DNA of 64,000 nt from Parcubacteria bacterium C7867-001. GTDB lineage: Bacteria > Patescibacteriota > Minisyncoccia > Phycocordibacterales > Phycocordibacteraceae. The position numbers and the translations under genes are program-made. Below the pieces are notes generated by a model. The model was given only the letters and a program-made list of their open reading frames with translations, ran no database searches and was not told the origin of the DNA. This document shows, one piece after another, positions 19,920-31,227 of the stretch (the first letter of the stretch is position 1; every line of letters begins with the position of its first letter). The stretch is taken from contig LFCK01000002.1 in the NCBI GenBank assembly GCA_001189095.1, forward strand, positions 1,937 to 65,936, read 5' to 3'.

Positions 19920-21239
19920 CTATGCGCGCAGACTATCCGCAAGTTCCGAAATCGGAACACGCTTCTGCTCGCCGGTGTCGCGGTCGCGAAGCGTCACGGT
20001 GTCCGTATGTTCTGGATTCTCACCGAGTGTGTCGAAGTCAATGGTGATGCAGGCCGGCGTACCGATTTCATCCTGTCGTCGATACCGCTTTCCAATGTTG
20101 CCGTTGTCGTCGAAGATAACCGAGACACCCGCCTTTTTAAGTATTGAAAAGACTTCGCGTGCTTTCTCGACGAGTTCTGGCTTATTCTTCAAAAGCGGAA
20201 AGACTGCTGCGCGGTACGGCGCAACGCTCGGTGAAAGCGCGAGGTACACACGCTTCTCGCCTCCAAGCTCATCCTCACGGTACGCCGATGCAAGAATTGC
20301 GAGCACGGTACGGTCGACACCGAGAGATGGCTCGATGACGTGCGGCACGATGCGCTCCTTGGTTTCTTCATCGAAATATGAGAGTTCGACACCCGACGCT
20401 TCTGCGTGGCGGGAGAGGTCGAAGTCGGTGCGATACGCAAGACCCCAGAGTTCTTTGCGGCCGAACGGATAGTCGAATTCGAAATCTATGGTGCGCTTGG
20501 AGTAGTGAGCGCGATCCCCATCGGCAACCTCGAGCTCGTGAACGCGCTCCTTGGTGAGACCAACCGCCGCAGCGAATGCGTGCATAGTCCCCTGCCATTC
20601 AGTGAACGCAGCTGCCCACGCCTCAGGCTTTACGAAATACTCCACCTCCATCTGCTCGAGCTCACGCAGGCGGAAGATGAAATCGCGCGGAGCTATTTCA
20701 TTTCTAAAAGCCTTTCCTATCTGCGCGATGCCGAACGGAAGCTTCGGGTGGAAGGAGTCGATGACGTTCTTGAAGTTCACGAAGATGCCACCGGCCGTCT
20801 CAGGACGAAGGTATGTTGCCGATGACTCATCTTCAGTAGCACCCACATTCGTGCGGAACATCATATTGAACTGGCGCGAAGGGCCGAGTGATCCTCCGCA
20901 ATTTGGACAAATGCCAGACTCATCAAGATGATCGGCACGGAAACGGCGCTTACACTTGGTGCACTCGACCAGCGGATCAGAGAAGCCGGAAACGTGTCCT
21001 GAAGCTTCCCATGCTTTCGGATTCATAAGAATGGCCGCATCGACGCCATACATGTCCTCGCGATCAGTAACGAACATCTTCCACCAGAGGTTCTTCACGT
21101 TCTGCTTGAGGGCGACGCCGAGCGGTCCATAGTCGAAGGTACCCGCGAGGCCGCCATAAATCTCCGAGCCGGGGTATACGAAACCGCGACGCTTAGCGAG
21201 CGAGACGATGTTCTCCATGAGGTTCGATTCCGAAGCCAT
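19920..21239 (-). CDS. glyQS: glycyl-tRNA synthetase (alpha2 type)
   Basis: EIYGGL, YLRPETA, FRNEIAPR, VIEPSLGVDR, IGKRYRRQDEIGTP. Confidence 0.97.
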   Translation of the reverse strand: MASESNLMENIVSLAKRRGFVYPGSEIYGGLAGTFDYGPLGVALKQNVKNLWWKMFVTDREDMYGVDAAILMNPKAWEASGHVSGFSDPLVECTKCKRRFRADHLDESGICPNCGGSLGPSRQFNMMFRTNVGATEDESSATYLRPETAGGIFVNFKNVIDSFHPKLPFGIAQIGKAFRNEIAPRDFIFRLRELEQMEVEYFVKPEAWAAAFTEWQGTMHAFAAAVGLTKERVHELEVADGDRAHYSKRTIDFEFDYPFGRKELWGLAYRTDFDLSRHAEASGVELSYFDEETKERIVPHVIEPSLGVDRTVLAILASAYREDELGGEKRVYLALSPSVAPYRAAVFPLLKNKPELVEKAREVFSILKKAGVSVIFDDNGNIGKRYRRQDEIGTPACITIDFDTLGENPEHTDTVTLRDRDTGEQKRVPISELADSLRA

Positions 21240-21243
21240 AATC

Positions 21244-23121
21244 CTACTGTTGTACCTCACCCTTGGAGAATTGGTAAGCGGGGTCGGTTTCGGTGCGCGT
21301 ATCGAGCGGGTCCGCATCGCTCTGCACCTGCTTACCTATGAAGCGATCGAAGCCCGAGAGCGTCTGCTTCCCTACCAAGACCGGCGAGATACCGCGCTGG
21401 GAAAGACTTGGAGTAAGCGCAACTTGGAAGGCTGCCTCACGGGACGTTCCTGCAGCCACATCTCCCAAATCCCACGTCACCACGCGGGAATTCTCGTTAT
21501 ACGTCACCGAACCGTTCGTTTTTCCGGTAAAGCGCACGTAGGAAGGCAGTGTCATCGTTGCCGTGCCTTCAGCAACTGAGTTCACGCTGTTGGTCGCAGA
21601 CAAGATGATGGTGTAGGTCGACTCTTTATCAGCGACCGGAGGCCATGGACCGGTGTTTACGAAAGGACCTACGGTCTTTACGACGCGCGAGGAAAGAAGG
21701 AAGTCAGTCGCGACCTTTAGGGTGCGCGTGATGGTTGAATTGACCGACGTCGGTACACCGGTCTCCCCTACTCGTTGGCCTGAGACTGAAACCGAAAGAT
21801 TGATGACTGGATTTCTAAGTGACGCGAGCGCACTGCCGGTCTTCGTCATGAGTGAGAACGAGCCGTTTCCAGTGTCCCCCGGCTGCAAGGAGCGAAGTCC
21901 CTGATCCTTATCGGAACTGAAGAGAATGCTTGTGTCGGACGAGCGATAAAAACCAGTTCCGCTCGTTATCTGTGCCGGATCGAGTGCCGAGCCTGAAAAC
22001 TTCACAATAATCTGAGCGTTCTTAATAGGCGTCGAGAGCGTGTTCTCCCACGAAAGGAGTCCTTGGATTGGCGTACCCCCTTGAACGATGAGAGGATCTG
22101 TTTCGTTTTGATTAATTGAGAGACGCGCAGCGAGGAAGGGCTTGCTTACCGTGAGCGGAACTTCCGCACTCGTATACGTGACGCCGAGCATCTGGCTCGT
22201 AATGCCGGGGGTACCGACATCAAAATGGAAGACGCGCTGTTCGTTGTCGGCTGCCGAGAGCGCTCCGGTGATGGTAATCTTGCGCTCTTCACCCGGCGCA
22301 AGCGTTCCAAGCACGAACACACTTCCTGTCTCCGGCTGCGGGTCTGCCTTAGTTACCGAGAATCCAAACGGATACGTTCCAATGAGTTCAACATTCTGGA
22401 GTGGCGTCGCAGAATTCGAACGCACCGTGATTGCAATAGTGAATGGCTGTGCCGACGAAACCTCCGAGAGCGTATTCACTGAGAGCCCCACCGGCGATGT
22501 GCCTATCGTAAGACTGTACTCGGTTTTCTTCTGGAAAATAGCTTTTGAGCCGTCGGTCTTGTATTCAAGCATAATCGGAATCACGACGCGCTGATTTTCA
22601 TTCCCGAAGAGCGTCGCACGAATGGTGCGTACGGCAGTCGCGCCCGCAGGAATGGTGCCAAGTGTATCGGCGTAATGCGAAAGCGGCGTGTTCTGTTCAT
22701 CACCCGAATAGGTCCCTTCCGGAAAATCGATCACGAGATTCGTATCGTTCATATCGACCGGATTGTTGTTCTTTATGGAAATGAGAAGCGGTATCGTATC
22801 GCCGCCCGCAGACGTCGTTGGCCCCTGCACCTTTATATCAATATGATCCGTCGAGACCGACCGACCGCCAGCGAACACAAGCCACGCAGCCACACCACAA
22901 GCGATAAGGAAGAAAACCGCCGCACCAATGAGGAAAATAGTTGAAGCGGCAATCTTCTTTTTTGGAGCAACTGGTACTGGCGCCGGTTCTTGCTGCCATC
23001 CGGTCGGTACCGAGGTGTCGCGGCGCGAAACAGTACGTTCGTTGAACGCTTCGGTTGGTGCCGGCGCATAGAGCCGTTTATTGAGCCGCTCAAGCGGGCT
23101 TCCTCCCTGCTCGCCTTCCAT
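21244..23121 (-). CDS. membrane-anchored multi-Ig-like (DUF11-like) protein
   Basis: One TM then repeated beta-sandwich motifs 'LGTLAPGE', 'WDLGDVAAG'. Confidence 0.65.
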   Translation of the reverse strand: MEGEQGGSPLERLNKRLYAPAPTEAFNERTVSRRDTSVPTGWQQEPAPVPVAPKKKIAASTIFLIGAAVFFLIACGVAAWLVFAGGRSVSTDHIDIKVQGPTTSAGGDTIPLLISIKNNNPVDMNDTNLVIDFPEGTYSGDEQNTPLSHYADTLGTIPAGATAVRTIRATLFGNENQRVVIPIMLEYKTDGSKAIFQKKTEYSLTIGTSPVGLSVNTLSEVSSAQPFTIAITVRSNSATPLQNVELIGTYPFGFSVTKADPQPETGSVFVLGTLAPGEERKITITGALSAADNEQRVFHFDVGTPGITSQMLGVTYTSAEVPLTVSKPFLAARLSINQNETDPLIVQGGTPIQGLLSWENTLSTPIKNAQIIVKFSGSALDPAQITSGTGFYRSSDTSILFSSDKDQGLRSLQPGDTGNGSFSLMTKTGSALASLRNPVINLSVSVSGQRVGETGVPTSVNSTITRTLKVATDFLLSSRVVKTVGPFVNTGPWPPVADKESTYTIILSATNSVNSVAEGTATMTLPSYVRFTGKTNGSVTYNENSRVVTWDLGDVAAGTSREAAFQVALTPSLSQRGISPVLVGKQTLSGFDRFIGKQVQSDADPLDTRTETDPAYQFSKGEVQQ

Positions 23122-23143
23122 ATTGGACTAGTATACCCCGCCG

Positions 23144-23704
23144 CTATAGACCGGATGCCGCGAGGCCGCGGTTGATACGCGAAACGATTGCGGAACGATC
23201 AGAAACAATCGCCGAAAGCGACTCGGGAACGAACTCAGTCGATGGAATCTCTCCGGCATCAAGACCCAGAATGCGCACAATGCGCAGCGCAACGAGACAC
23301 TCAGCAGCATCTTGCTCAGTCTCGCTAAGCGAGGGCAGCGCCGCGAGAAACGAAGCGAACGCGCCATAGAGCGCGATGTCCCCCGCTTCTCCATGCACGA
23401 GCCGCTGGATGAGGGAGGCGATACGTCCGGCGCGCAAACGCGCCGACCGCGAAAGCTGCCTAAACCAGTTCGTGCCGAGCACTGCGTTCGGAATCCTCCA
23501 CCCCTCTTTGCCGCGAACGAGCATGAGATCCGATTCGCAGAGTGTCTGGAGCGCTGACGAGAGCTTAGCCGAAGGAGTACGAACACCTTGCACGCGGGCG
23601 CGAATGAGCCCGAATTCGGGCGTGAGAATCGTAACGAGGAGTGACGCTTCCGCGAGCGGTATGCGAGAAAGGACAATGCCCGTCGTTACGTATTTATGGC
23701 GCAT
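23144..23704 (-). CDS. recO: DNA repair protein RecO (short)
   Basis: [34 protein letters not shown]. Confidence 0.85.
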   Translation of the reverse strand: MRHKYVTTGIVLSRIPLAEASLLVTILTPEFGLIRARVQGVRTPSAKLSSALQTLCESDLMLVRGKEGWRIPNAVLGTNWFRQLSRSARLRAGRIASLIQRLVHGEAGDIALYGAFASFLAALPSLSETEQDAAECLVALRIVRILGLDAGEIPSTEFVPESLSAIVSDRSAIVSRINRGLAASGL

Positions 23705-26700
23705 GCTTCTTTAACGAGAATGCAACGGTGCCCGTCGAAAGCTCTGCTTTATGCGGACCTTCACCACGAACCGCTTCGACCGAATCCTTCGGCGAGAATC
23801 CTTCAGTCTTGCGCGCCTCGGCAACCGCACGGAGGAATGCTCGCTCATCCCCTTCCGCAACAAGCTCGGGAGTGAGATTCGTATCGAGCGAAATTTCGGA
23901 AGCATTCGGGAGTATCTTCTTTACATTCACTTCATCCGCGAGAATGGCTGCGAGCTCATCTGGAAGTCTGTCCGGAATCGAAAGCGACGCGAGCGGCTGA
24001 CGCACAATGACGCCGGCCTTCTGACGGAGCTTGAGCGCTTCGGAAGCGCGCGCCCGAACGAGACTCATCGCCTCAATAAGAGCTGGGTTCCTGTTACCAC
24101 CGATAATGCTTGAGAACGTGAACGGAAGGATCTGCACCGGCCAATTCGCGAGATGCACGCTTTCCGGATCATGCTCCGTACGCACGGTCTGGAATACCTC
24201 TTCCGCGAGAAACGGCGCGAACGGCGCAAGCATGAGCGCAGATACTCGAAGGGTCTCGCGGAGCGTTCGCAAAGCGGCAACATCGCCATCGCGCGCACGA
24301 TCGCGAACACGGCGGACGTACCACTGCGAAAGGTCCTCGAAGAGGCCTGCGAGTGTACGCGACGCTTCGTACAGCTTGTACGCGTCGAGGTGCTTCGTAA
24401 CAAGCATGAGCGTTTCGTTGGTGCGTTCTCGCATCCACTTATCGATAACCTCTTCCTTCCCTCCTTGGAGCGATTCGGTTTTGAATAGTTCGTAAAACTT
24501 TGCGCTGTTATCGAGCCATGAAAGCACGCGCGCCGTTTCCTTCACCGTTTTCGGATCGAAGTTCTTTGAATCGCCCGGCTGGTTCACATAGTACATCCAG
24601 TAGCGCAACGTATCGGCGCCGTATTCATCCATTGCCGAGAACGGTTCGATGACATTTCCTTTTGATTTACTCATCTTCTTTCCTTCCGCGTCGAGGAGAT
24701 GACCAAGGGAGACGACATTTTTGTACGGAGCGCCGCGACCCATAAGCGTTCCCACAGCAAGCAGCGTGTAGAACCACCCACGCGTTTGGTCTATCGCTTC
24801 TGAAATGTAGTCAGCGGGATACACGACATTTTTGGGATCCTGCGCGAACGGCATAGCGCCCGAGTCGAACCAGACATCCATAACTTCGGGTGTGCGGCGC
24901 AGTTCGGCTCCTGAATCACCGACAAGCACAACATCGTCAATGTACGGACGATGGAGATCGAGTTCGTAGTTATCGTTATGCGGGAGCGGAACAAATGGGA
25001 GTTCAACTGGTTCGGCATGCTTAGTGTCCATTGCGTCAATGCGTCGCTTTGCTTGGTCACTCGTAAGCCCCTCAGTGACCGCAGTCATTGATTCGACACC
25101 CACACCGTGGGTGATGATGAGAATAACTTCGTTTGAGTATGTTGCCTCAAGCTCGTAGAGAAATTCACCAAACCGCTGTTTGGCATCGAAATAACTTTCG
25201 CCGTTTGGCATTCGATCCGTGAACGAACTACCCTTACGCCACGCAAGAAATGTCTCGAACGGACCTCTATTTAAATCGCCGAACCGGAGCTCGCGCAGAC
25301 GATCGTCGTAGATAATATTCGATGCGTCGAGACCTAGGTTCTCCGTCATAATTTCCGCGGTTTGCCGCGTTCGTTCTATAGGAGACGCGAATATTTTCGT
25401 TGGGATTCCGGGCAGCTTCCCTGCGGCACTTTTCGCTTGCTCCTTCCCTGTTTCCGTAAGTCCGTACGTATCGTTGTCTGAGCAGAGAATATGCGCGACG
25501 TTGTTTTCCGCTTCTCCATGACGCACGACAATGTAGCGATTACCGCTCTTTTTGGTGCGCGACTTGAGTTCCTCGACCGAACCGGGGACGAACCGCTCCT
25601 TCTTGTCCGAGCTTTCCCACACCGGAAGCGGCGTGCCCCAATAGCGTTCGCGGCTTATCGCCCAATCCTTTACGTTTGCGAGCCATTCGCCCATGCGCCC
25701 TTCGCGCAAGTATGACGGTTCCCAATTCACCGACTGGTTCGACGCGAGGAGCTTTTCTTTGAGATCCGTCATACGGACATACCACGAGTCACGCGCGTAA
25801 TAGATGAGACGGTTCTTGCTGCGCCAGCAGTGCGGATAGGAGTGCGTGTAGCTTTCCTTCGCGAAATAGTTGCCGCGTTCCTGCAGATCTTTCAGGACTT
25901 CTATGTTCGTTTCCGCATCAATCACCGACTTTCCTTCGAGGAAGCCTGTCCCCCTGAGGAAGCGGCCATCGGGTCCGATAAGATGCACTTTCGGAAGTCC
26001 TATTTTCTGCCCGAGCTCAAAATCGTCCTGACCATACATGACGGCGGTATGCACGACGCCCGTACCGTCTTCGGTCGTAACAAAATCAGCTGCGTGCACT
26101 TTGTACGCATTCTCAAACTTCGATTTTTCGCTTTCTGCCGCAAGCTCTTTCGCAAATGAATAGAGTGGCTTGTATACCTTTCCGACCAACTCGCTCCCCT
26201 GCACATCCTTTTCTTTGGTCCACCCTTCACCAAGTTTTGCAGCCAGTGCATTCGCGATGACTACGCGTTCAGCGTCCTTACTATAGACTCCGTATGTAAT
26301 ATTTTTTCCTACCGCGAGCGCGACATTTCCCGGAAGCGTCCATGGCGTCGTCGTCCACGCAAGAATATAGGTGTTTGGTTCGTCGACAAGCTCGAACTTC
26401 GCGGTGAGTGAGAGGTCCTTCACGTCTTCGTATCCTTGCGCGAGTTCGTGACTTGAAAGCGCTGTTCCGCAAACCACACACCACGGCACCACTTTAAAAT
26501 CCTTGTAGAGTCGGTCATCATCGTTAATCTTTTTAACGACGCCAAAGAGCGCTTCCATGTAGGAAACGTCGAACGTGAAGTATGCCTGCGTACGATCGAC
26601 CCAATAGCCGATGCGCTCGGTGAATTTATCCCAGAGGTCGATGTAGGAAAGCACGCTCTCGCGGCATTTTGCATTGAACGCAGCAACACCGTACTTCTCT

Positions 26701-27020
26701 ATCTCCGGCTTTCCAGAAAATCCGAGCTGTTTCTCTACCTCGAGCTCGACCGGAAGACCATGCGTGTCCCAGCCTGCTTTGCGCGGAACGTGATAGCCGC
26801 GCATCGTCTTATAGCGCGGAATAGCGTCTTTGAAGGCTCGTGCCTCAAGGTGATGGATACCGGGTTTTCCGTTCGCGGTCGGAGGACCTTCAAAAAATAC
26901 GAAGTTCCCTTTCGGCGCCTTCTTGGCGAGCGTTTTCTCGAAAATCTTCTGCTCCTTCCAGAAAGCGAGGACCTTCTCTTCGCGCGTCGCCGCGTCCGAT
27001 TTCTGCACTGGTTCGGCCAT
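23694..27020 (-). CDS. ileS: isoleucyl-tRNA synthetase (IleRS2) with inserted histidine-phosphatase domain
   Basis: [30 protein letters not shown]; RHG domain insert. Confidence 0.95.
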   Translation of the reverse strand: MAEPVQKSDAATREEKVLAFWKEQKIFEKTLAKKAPKGNFVFFEGPPTANGKPGIHHLEARAFKDAIPRYKTMRGYHVPRKAGWDTHGLPVELEVEKQLGFSGKPEIEKYGVAAFNAKCRESVLSYIDLWDKFTERIGYWVDRTQAYFTFDVSYMEALFGVVKKINDDDRLYKDFKVVPWCVVCGTALSSHELAQGYEDVKDLSLTAKFELVDEPNTYILAWTTTPWTLPGNVALAVGKNITYGVYSKDAERVVIANALAAKLGEGWTKEKDVQGSELVGKVYKPLYSFAKELAAESEKSKFENAYKVHAADFVTTEDGTGVVHTAVMYGQDDFELGQKIGLPKVHLIGPDGRFLRGTGFLEGKSVIDAETNIEVLKDLQERGNYFAKESYTHSYPHCWRSKNRLIYYARDSWYVRMTDLKEKLLASNQSVNWEPSYLREGRMGEWLANVKDWAISRERYWGTPLPVWESSDKKERFVPGSVEELKSRTKKSGNRYIVVRHGEAENNVAHILCSDNDTYGLTETGKEQAKSAAGKLPGIPTKIFASPIERTRQTAEIMTENLGLDASNIIYDDRLRELRFGDLNRGPFETFLAWRKGSSFTDRMPNGESYFDAKQRFGEFLYELEATYSNEVILIITHGVGVESMTAVTEGLTSDQAKRRIDAMDTKHAEPVELPFVPLPHNDNYELDLHRPYIDDVVLVGDSGAELRRTPEVMDVWFDSGAMPFAQDPKNVVYPADYISEAIDQTRGWFYTLLAVGTLMGRGAPYKNVVSLGHLLDAEGKKMSKSKGNVIEPFSAMDEYGADTLRYWMYYVNQPGDSKNFDPKTVKETARVLSWLDNSAKFYELFKTESLQGGKEEVIDKWMRERTNETLMLVTKHLDAYKLYEASRTLAGLFEDLSQWYVRRVRDRARDGDVAALRTLRETLRVSALMLAPFAPFLAEEVFQTVRTEHDPESVHLANWPVQILPFTFSSIIGGNRNPALIEAMSLVRARASEALKLRQKAGVIVRQPLASLSIPDRLPDELAAILADEVNVKKILPNASEISLDTNLTPELVAEGDERAFLRAVAEARKTEGFSPKDSVEAVRGEGPHKAELSTGTVAFSLKKHAP

Positions 27021-27118
27021 AATTACTTATCCTATCGTTTGCGTCATGAAAAAGAAACAACCGGCGCGTTTGCGCCGGTTGGGTGGTTTTTTTGCGATCG
27101 CGAGTCTAGTGAAGAGAC

Positions 27119-27388
27119 TCAGGCGGCCGCTTCGGAGAGTTCGAGAACGCCGAGCACATAGTGCCGGACGTGGTGCGGAATGAGCGGGGTTCTGCCCGTC
27201 TTCGCTTCGCGCGACCACTTGAATCGTGAGATGTTGTCCTCCCATAATTCGTGTTTGAATTCACGCCTTCCTTCAGCTGCGGTCTTCGCTTTCGCGAAGA
27301 GGCACTCGACAGAGCAATTGAGTTTCTTGCGGGCTGCCTCCATCATCTGGAGCCATTCCCAGCCAGTTCCCTGCTCTACTGAAAGCAT
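27119..27388 (-). CDS. hypothetical protein
   Basis: 89 aa, GGAGG SD. Confidence 0.5.
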   Translation of the reverse strand: MLSVEQGTGWEWLQMMEAARKKLNCSVECLFAKAKTAAEGRREFKHELWEDNISRFKWSREAKTGRTPLIPHHVRHYVLGVLELSEAAA

Positions 27389-27535
27389 GTACGCCTCCGT
27401 TATATGTACCCCTGCAGAATGCACGGGTCCAGTCGCGAAGCGTAACGTGAAGCGTTCATGAACGCAAGCAAGGTTATGCACGCATGAAAAACCGCCGCAC
27501 CAAAGGTGCGGCGGCGAATCACGTACGGAGCAGCG

Positions 27536-27718
27536 TTACTGCTCCTGTGCTTTTCGAGCGAATTCACTTGGTTCGATAGGCGCATCCGGATCCCGTACAG
27601 GGTGACGTGCTTCGAACATCATGCGGTCGAAATCTTGTCGCGGGGACTTTCCTTGTTTCCAACTATCGAACGTCGAGGGCGGTAGATCCACCTTCGGTGG
27701 CGTCGATTCTTCAGTCAT
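27536..27718 (-). CDS. small hypothetical protein
   Basis: 60 aa, GGAG SD, hairpin downstream. Confidence 0.45.
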   Translation of the reverse strand: MTEESTPPKVDLPPSTFDSWKQGKSPRQDFDRMMFEARHPVRDPDAPIEPSEFARKAQEQ

Positions 27719-27808
27719 GAATGTACTCCGTGTGTATCGTGTATATGACGATCCACCTGTTCCCAATCTTGTAGACGGGCTGTGGTGTCTCGTATTACTT
27801 CACTAGAT

Positions 27809-29443
27809 TTACATTCGTTCTGGCGCGGGTATCCCAAGGAGCGTAAGTCCGTTGGTCATCGTCATCACAAATGCTTTCGCGACCCGCAGCTTATAACTCC
27901 TGTGACTACCGTCAAGGATGCGTTCTTTGGCATAAAAAGAATTCCACTCTCCCGCAAGCTGGGTGAGGTACTGCGCAATGTGGTGTGGAGCGCGTTCACG
28001 CTCGGCGCGAGCAGCGATTTCTGGAAAGCGCGCGATGAGTCGCTCGATGAGATACGGCGCATCTGGAGCATCTGTAACTTCAGATTCTTCCTTCGCCGCC
28101 GCAAGCACCGACTTTGCTCGCACGAGCGCGTACTGGAGATAGGGACCGGAGTCACCATCGAGTGAAAGCGACTTTTCAGCATCGTACACAATGCTTCCTC
28201 CTGCAGCCTGACGCAGAATCATATATTTCAGCGCCGCAACACCGACCTGCTGCGCAATCAAAGGATCTGCATTCTTTTCTCCTGCGCGCGTAATGACCTC
28301 CGACAAGAGACCGTTCGCGGTAATGGTGTTGCCGAGACGCGAAGACATCTTTCCGGTTGTAAGCGTCAAGAGACCATGAGAAATATGGCTCGTCTTTTCT
28401 GCGAGAAGTGGAGCGATTTCAGCAAGTGCTGCGAGGAATACTTTGAAGTGACCGACCTGCTCTGCACCTGTTTCGATAATGACTGCGTCGTTCGGTATGC
28501 GTTCTTCCTTATAAAAGGCGAGACCAACGTCTTTCGCTTCGTAGGTGGGAGTTCCGCGGCTCGTAATGAACACGAGCGTATGGAGTCCTTTTTTCTCTCC
28601 CGGATAAATGACCGCTCCGTCGCTTTCGACAAAAACACCCTTGGCGAGCGCGTCTTTCACCACCTCCATACCTTGCGGCGTTACTTCGCTCTCAAAGAAG
28701 TAGTAATCGAACTTCGTTCCGAGCACGACATAGATCTCGCGGAATGCTTCGAGACACACTTCGCGACACTTGCGCCACAAATCCATGAGTGCTACGTCTT
28801 CGCCTTTATAAATTGCAACATTCAGTGCGTTGATCTCGGCTTTTGCGTTTTCACTTTCTTCATACGCTTTTGCGCCGTGCGCATACGCTTTGTCGACTTC
28901 GCTGGCATTCGCCACATCAGTCACACCATCCCGTTGCAGCGCCCAAAGCGCTTTTGCAACATGCGGACCAACATCGCCTCCGTACGAGTCGCGGATAACG
29001 GTGGCGCCCGAGTTTTCGATGATGCGCGAGACCGATTCGCCGATGACCGTACTCATCAGGTGTCCCACATGCATTTCTTTAAACGGATTCGGGCAGGAAT
29101 ATTCCACAACGATACGCTTTCCTTCATTCTGTATTCCCTTCCCCCACTCTTCCTTGATTGCTGCTTCCATCGCCTCAGCAACCGCTTTCGCTGAAAGCGT
29201 AATGTTGATAAACCCCGGACCAGCAACATCTACGCGCTGCGCAATTTCGCCAAGCGCCTCCCGAATCTTCGGCGCAAGCTCCGCGGCAAGCTCGCGTGGA
29301 TTCTTACCAAGCGATTTTGCTGCAGCGAGCGCCACGTTCGTAGCGTAATCACCATGCGAAGCGTCCGTCGGGGTTTCAACCGCAAACGCAACTTCTACAC
29401 CCCCAAGCGCTTTGTGTACGGCATTTCGTATAAGGTCTTCCAT
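27809..29443 (-). CDS. argS: arginyl-tRNA synthetase
   Basis: HGDYATN, AGPGFIN, PNPFKEMHVGH, KMSSR, GDSGPYLQY. Confidence 0.97.
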   Translation of the reverse strand: MEDLIRNAVHKALGGVEVAFAVETPTDASHGDYATNVALAAAKSLGKNPRELAAELAPKIREALGEIAQRVDVAGPGFINITLSAKAVAEAMEAAIKEEWGKGIQNEGKRIVVEYSCPNPFKEMHVGHLMSTVIGESVSRIIENSGATVIRDSYGGDVGPHVAKALWALQRDGVTDVANASEVDKAYAHGAKAYEESENAKAEINALNVAIYKGEDVALMDLWRKCREVCLEAFREIYVVLGTKFDYYFFESEVTPQGMEVVKDALAKGVFVESDGAVIYPGEKKGLHTLVFITSRGTPTYEAKDVGLAFYKEERIPNDAVIIETGAEQVGHFKVFLAALAEIAPLLAEKTSHISHGLLTLTTGKMSSRLGNTITANGLLSEVITRAGEKNADPLIAQQVGVAALKYMILRQAAGGSIVYDAEKSLSLDGDSGPYLQYALVRAKSVLAAAKEESEVTDAPDAPYLIERLIARFPEIAARAERERAPHHIAQYLTQLAGEWNSFYAKERILDGSHRSYKLRVAKAFVMTMTNGLTLLGIPAPERM

Positions 29444-29445
29444 AG

Positions 29446-30702
29446 TTATGCAAAAGATTCAGGTATCGGGAACTTTTGCGCAAGTTCCTTAACCTCTGTG
29501 CGTACGCGCTCGACCGAGCTTTCGCCATTTTTGAGAACATCGAGCATAAGCTCCGCGACTCGTGTCGCTTCGACGCGGCCCATACCGCGAGAAGTAATCG
29601 CAGGTGTGCCAAAGCGGATACCGGACGGGTCGAGCGGCTTCCGCGTATCATCCGCGATCACGTTCTTGTTGAGTGTCATGCCAGCGGCATCGAGAAGCGT
29701 CTCTGCTTCGTGCCCTGAAATCCCGAACGAACTCCAGACGTCAGCAAGGATAAGGTGGTTGCTCGTGCCGCCCGCGATGAGACGTACTCCGCCTTTTTGA
29801 AACGCGATGGCCATTGCGCTCGCATTCTCGACGACCTGCTTTGCGTATGCCTCGAAAGAAGGTTTCAACGCTTCGCCGAAACACACCGCTTTCGCTGCGA
29901 TGGTATTCATCAAAGGGCCGCCTTGAAGGCCGGGGAATACCGCCTTGTCTATTTTCTTCGCGAGCTCTTCGCTCTCGCGCGTGAGTATGATTCCGCCGCG
30001 TGGGCCGCGTAGCGTCTTATGCGTCGTTGAGGTCATTACGTCGAATCCGTAATCAAACGGATTCTTTACTGCCTTTCCTGCGATGAGTCCGGCGATGTGC
30101 GAAATATCCATCACCGCAACCGCGCCGACTTCCCGCGCGATAGAAACAAACTTCGCGTAATCAAGTTCACGCGAATACGCGGAATATCCCGCAAGCAGGA
30201 CTTTCGGCTTCTCCCGTTTCGCGACTTCGAGCATTTCGTCGTAGTCGATCTCTCCCGTCGAAACATCTTTCATCTTGTAACGAATGAAATTGAACACCTT
30301 CGATATATAGGTCACGGGATGGCCGTGCGTGAGGTGGCCACCATGGGAAAGATCCATACCCATAACAGTGTCCCCCGGCTCCATAAGCGCCATGTAAAGG
30401 GCGATGTTCGCGTTGGCGCCTGAGTGTGGCTGCACGTTCGCGAACTTCGCACCGAAGAGTTGCTTCGCGCGCTCTATCGCGATGGTTTCCGCTTGGTCGG
30501 TGAATTCTTGGCCGCCATAGTAACGCTTCCCTGGATATCCTTCCGAGTACTTATTCGTGAGCACGCTGCCGAGCGCCTCACGCACCGCGAGCGAGACATA
30601 GTTTTCAGAAGGAATGAGCTCGAGCCCTTCAGCTTCGCGCTTCTCTTCCCCGTCTAGTGCGACAAAGACTTCCGCATCCCCTTGTTTAAGGTGTTCGTAC
30701 AT
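29446..30702 (-). CDS. glyA: serine hydroxymethyltransferase
   Basis: LIPSENY, NKYSEGYPGKRYYGG, TTHKTLRGPRGG. Confidence 0.98.
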   Translation of the reverse strand: MYEHLKQGDAEVFVALDGEEKREAEGLELIPSENYVSLAVREALGSVLTNKYSEGYPGKRYYGGQEFTDQAETIAIERAKQLFGAKFANVQPHSGANANIALYMALMEPGDTVMGMDLSHGGHLTHGHPVTYISKVFNFIRYKMKDVSTGEIDYDEMLEVAKREKPKVLLAGYSAYSRELDYAKFVSIAREVGAVAVMDISHIAGLIAGKAVKNPFDYGFDVMTSTTHKTLRGPRGGIILTRESEELAKKIDKAVFPGLQGGPLMNTIAAKAVCFGEALKPSFEAYAKQVVENASAMAIAFQKGGVRLIAGGTSNHLILADVWSSFGISGHEAETLLDAAGMTLNKNVIADDTRKPLDPSGIRFGTPAITSRGMGRVEATRVAELMLDVLKNGESSVERVRTEVKELAQKFPIPESFA

Positions 30703-30711
30703 ATCGATATC

Positions 30712-31140
30712 TTATACGCCCGTCGAACCGAATCCGCCACGCGTCGCGACGCCGTGGGTTGCCACTTCGTTCCATGTAACTCGATCGAACGGGAGGACAA
30801 TGATTTGCGTGATGCGATCGCCCCGCGCGACCGTAACCTCGGCGTCCGTAAAATTGTAGACAACCGCATGATACTCATCATCGTCGCCCGAAAAGTCTTC
30901 GTCGAAGATTCCTATTGCATTCGGGAGGAGGAGTCCCTTCTTATGGAGCGAGCTGCGCGCGGCCATGATGACGGTGTAGCCCTTAGGAGGCTTCACGCCA
31001 ATATTAAGAGGAACATACGCAATACCACGCGCCGGAATCACCGTATCAACGCGTGCTGCGCAGTCCATGGCGACAGCGCCTTCCGTTTTATATTCGGGAA
31101 GAGATAGTTCGGTATCAATCCGACGAATGTCTACGTGCAT
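30712..31140 (-). CDS. dut: trimeric dUTPase
   Basis: ARSSL, GIFDEDFSG, GDRITQ, RGGFGSTG. Confidence 0.92.
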   Translation of the reverse strand: MHVDIRRIDTELSLPEYKTEGAVAMDCAARVDTVIPARGIAYVPLNIGVKPPKGYTVIMAARSSLHKKGLLLPNAIGIFDEDFSGDDDEYHAVVYNFTDAEVTVARGDRITQIIVLPFDRVTWNEVATHGVATRGGFGSTGV

Positions 31141-31227
31141 GGACTCTATACTACTTGAAAAAGCCTGAATTGACCTGCTGCGCTTGAACGGTAGGATGGA
31201 GAAAGCAACCATCACTGGAGACTGCTT

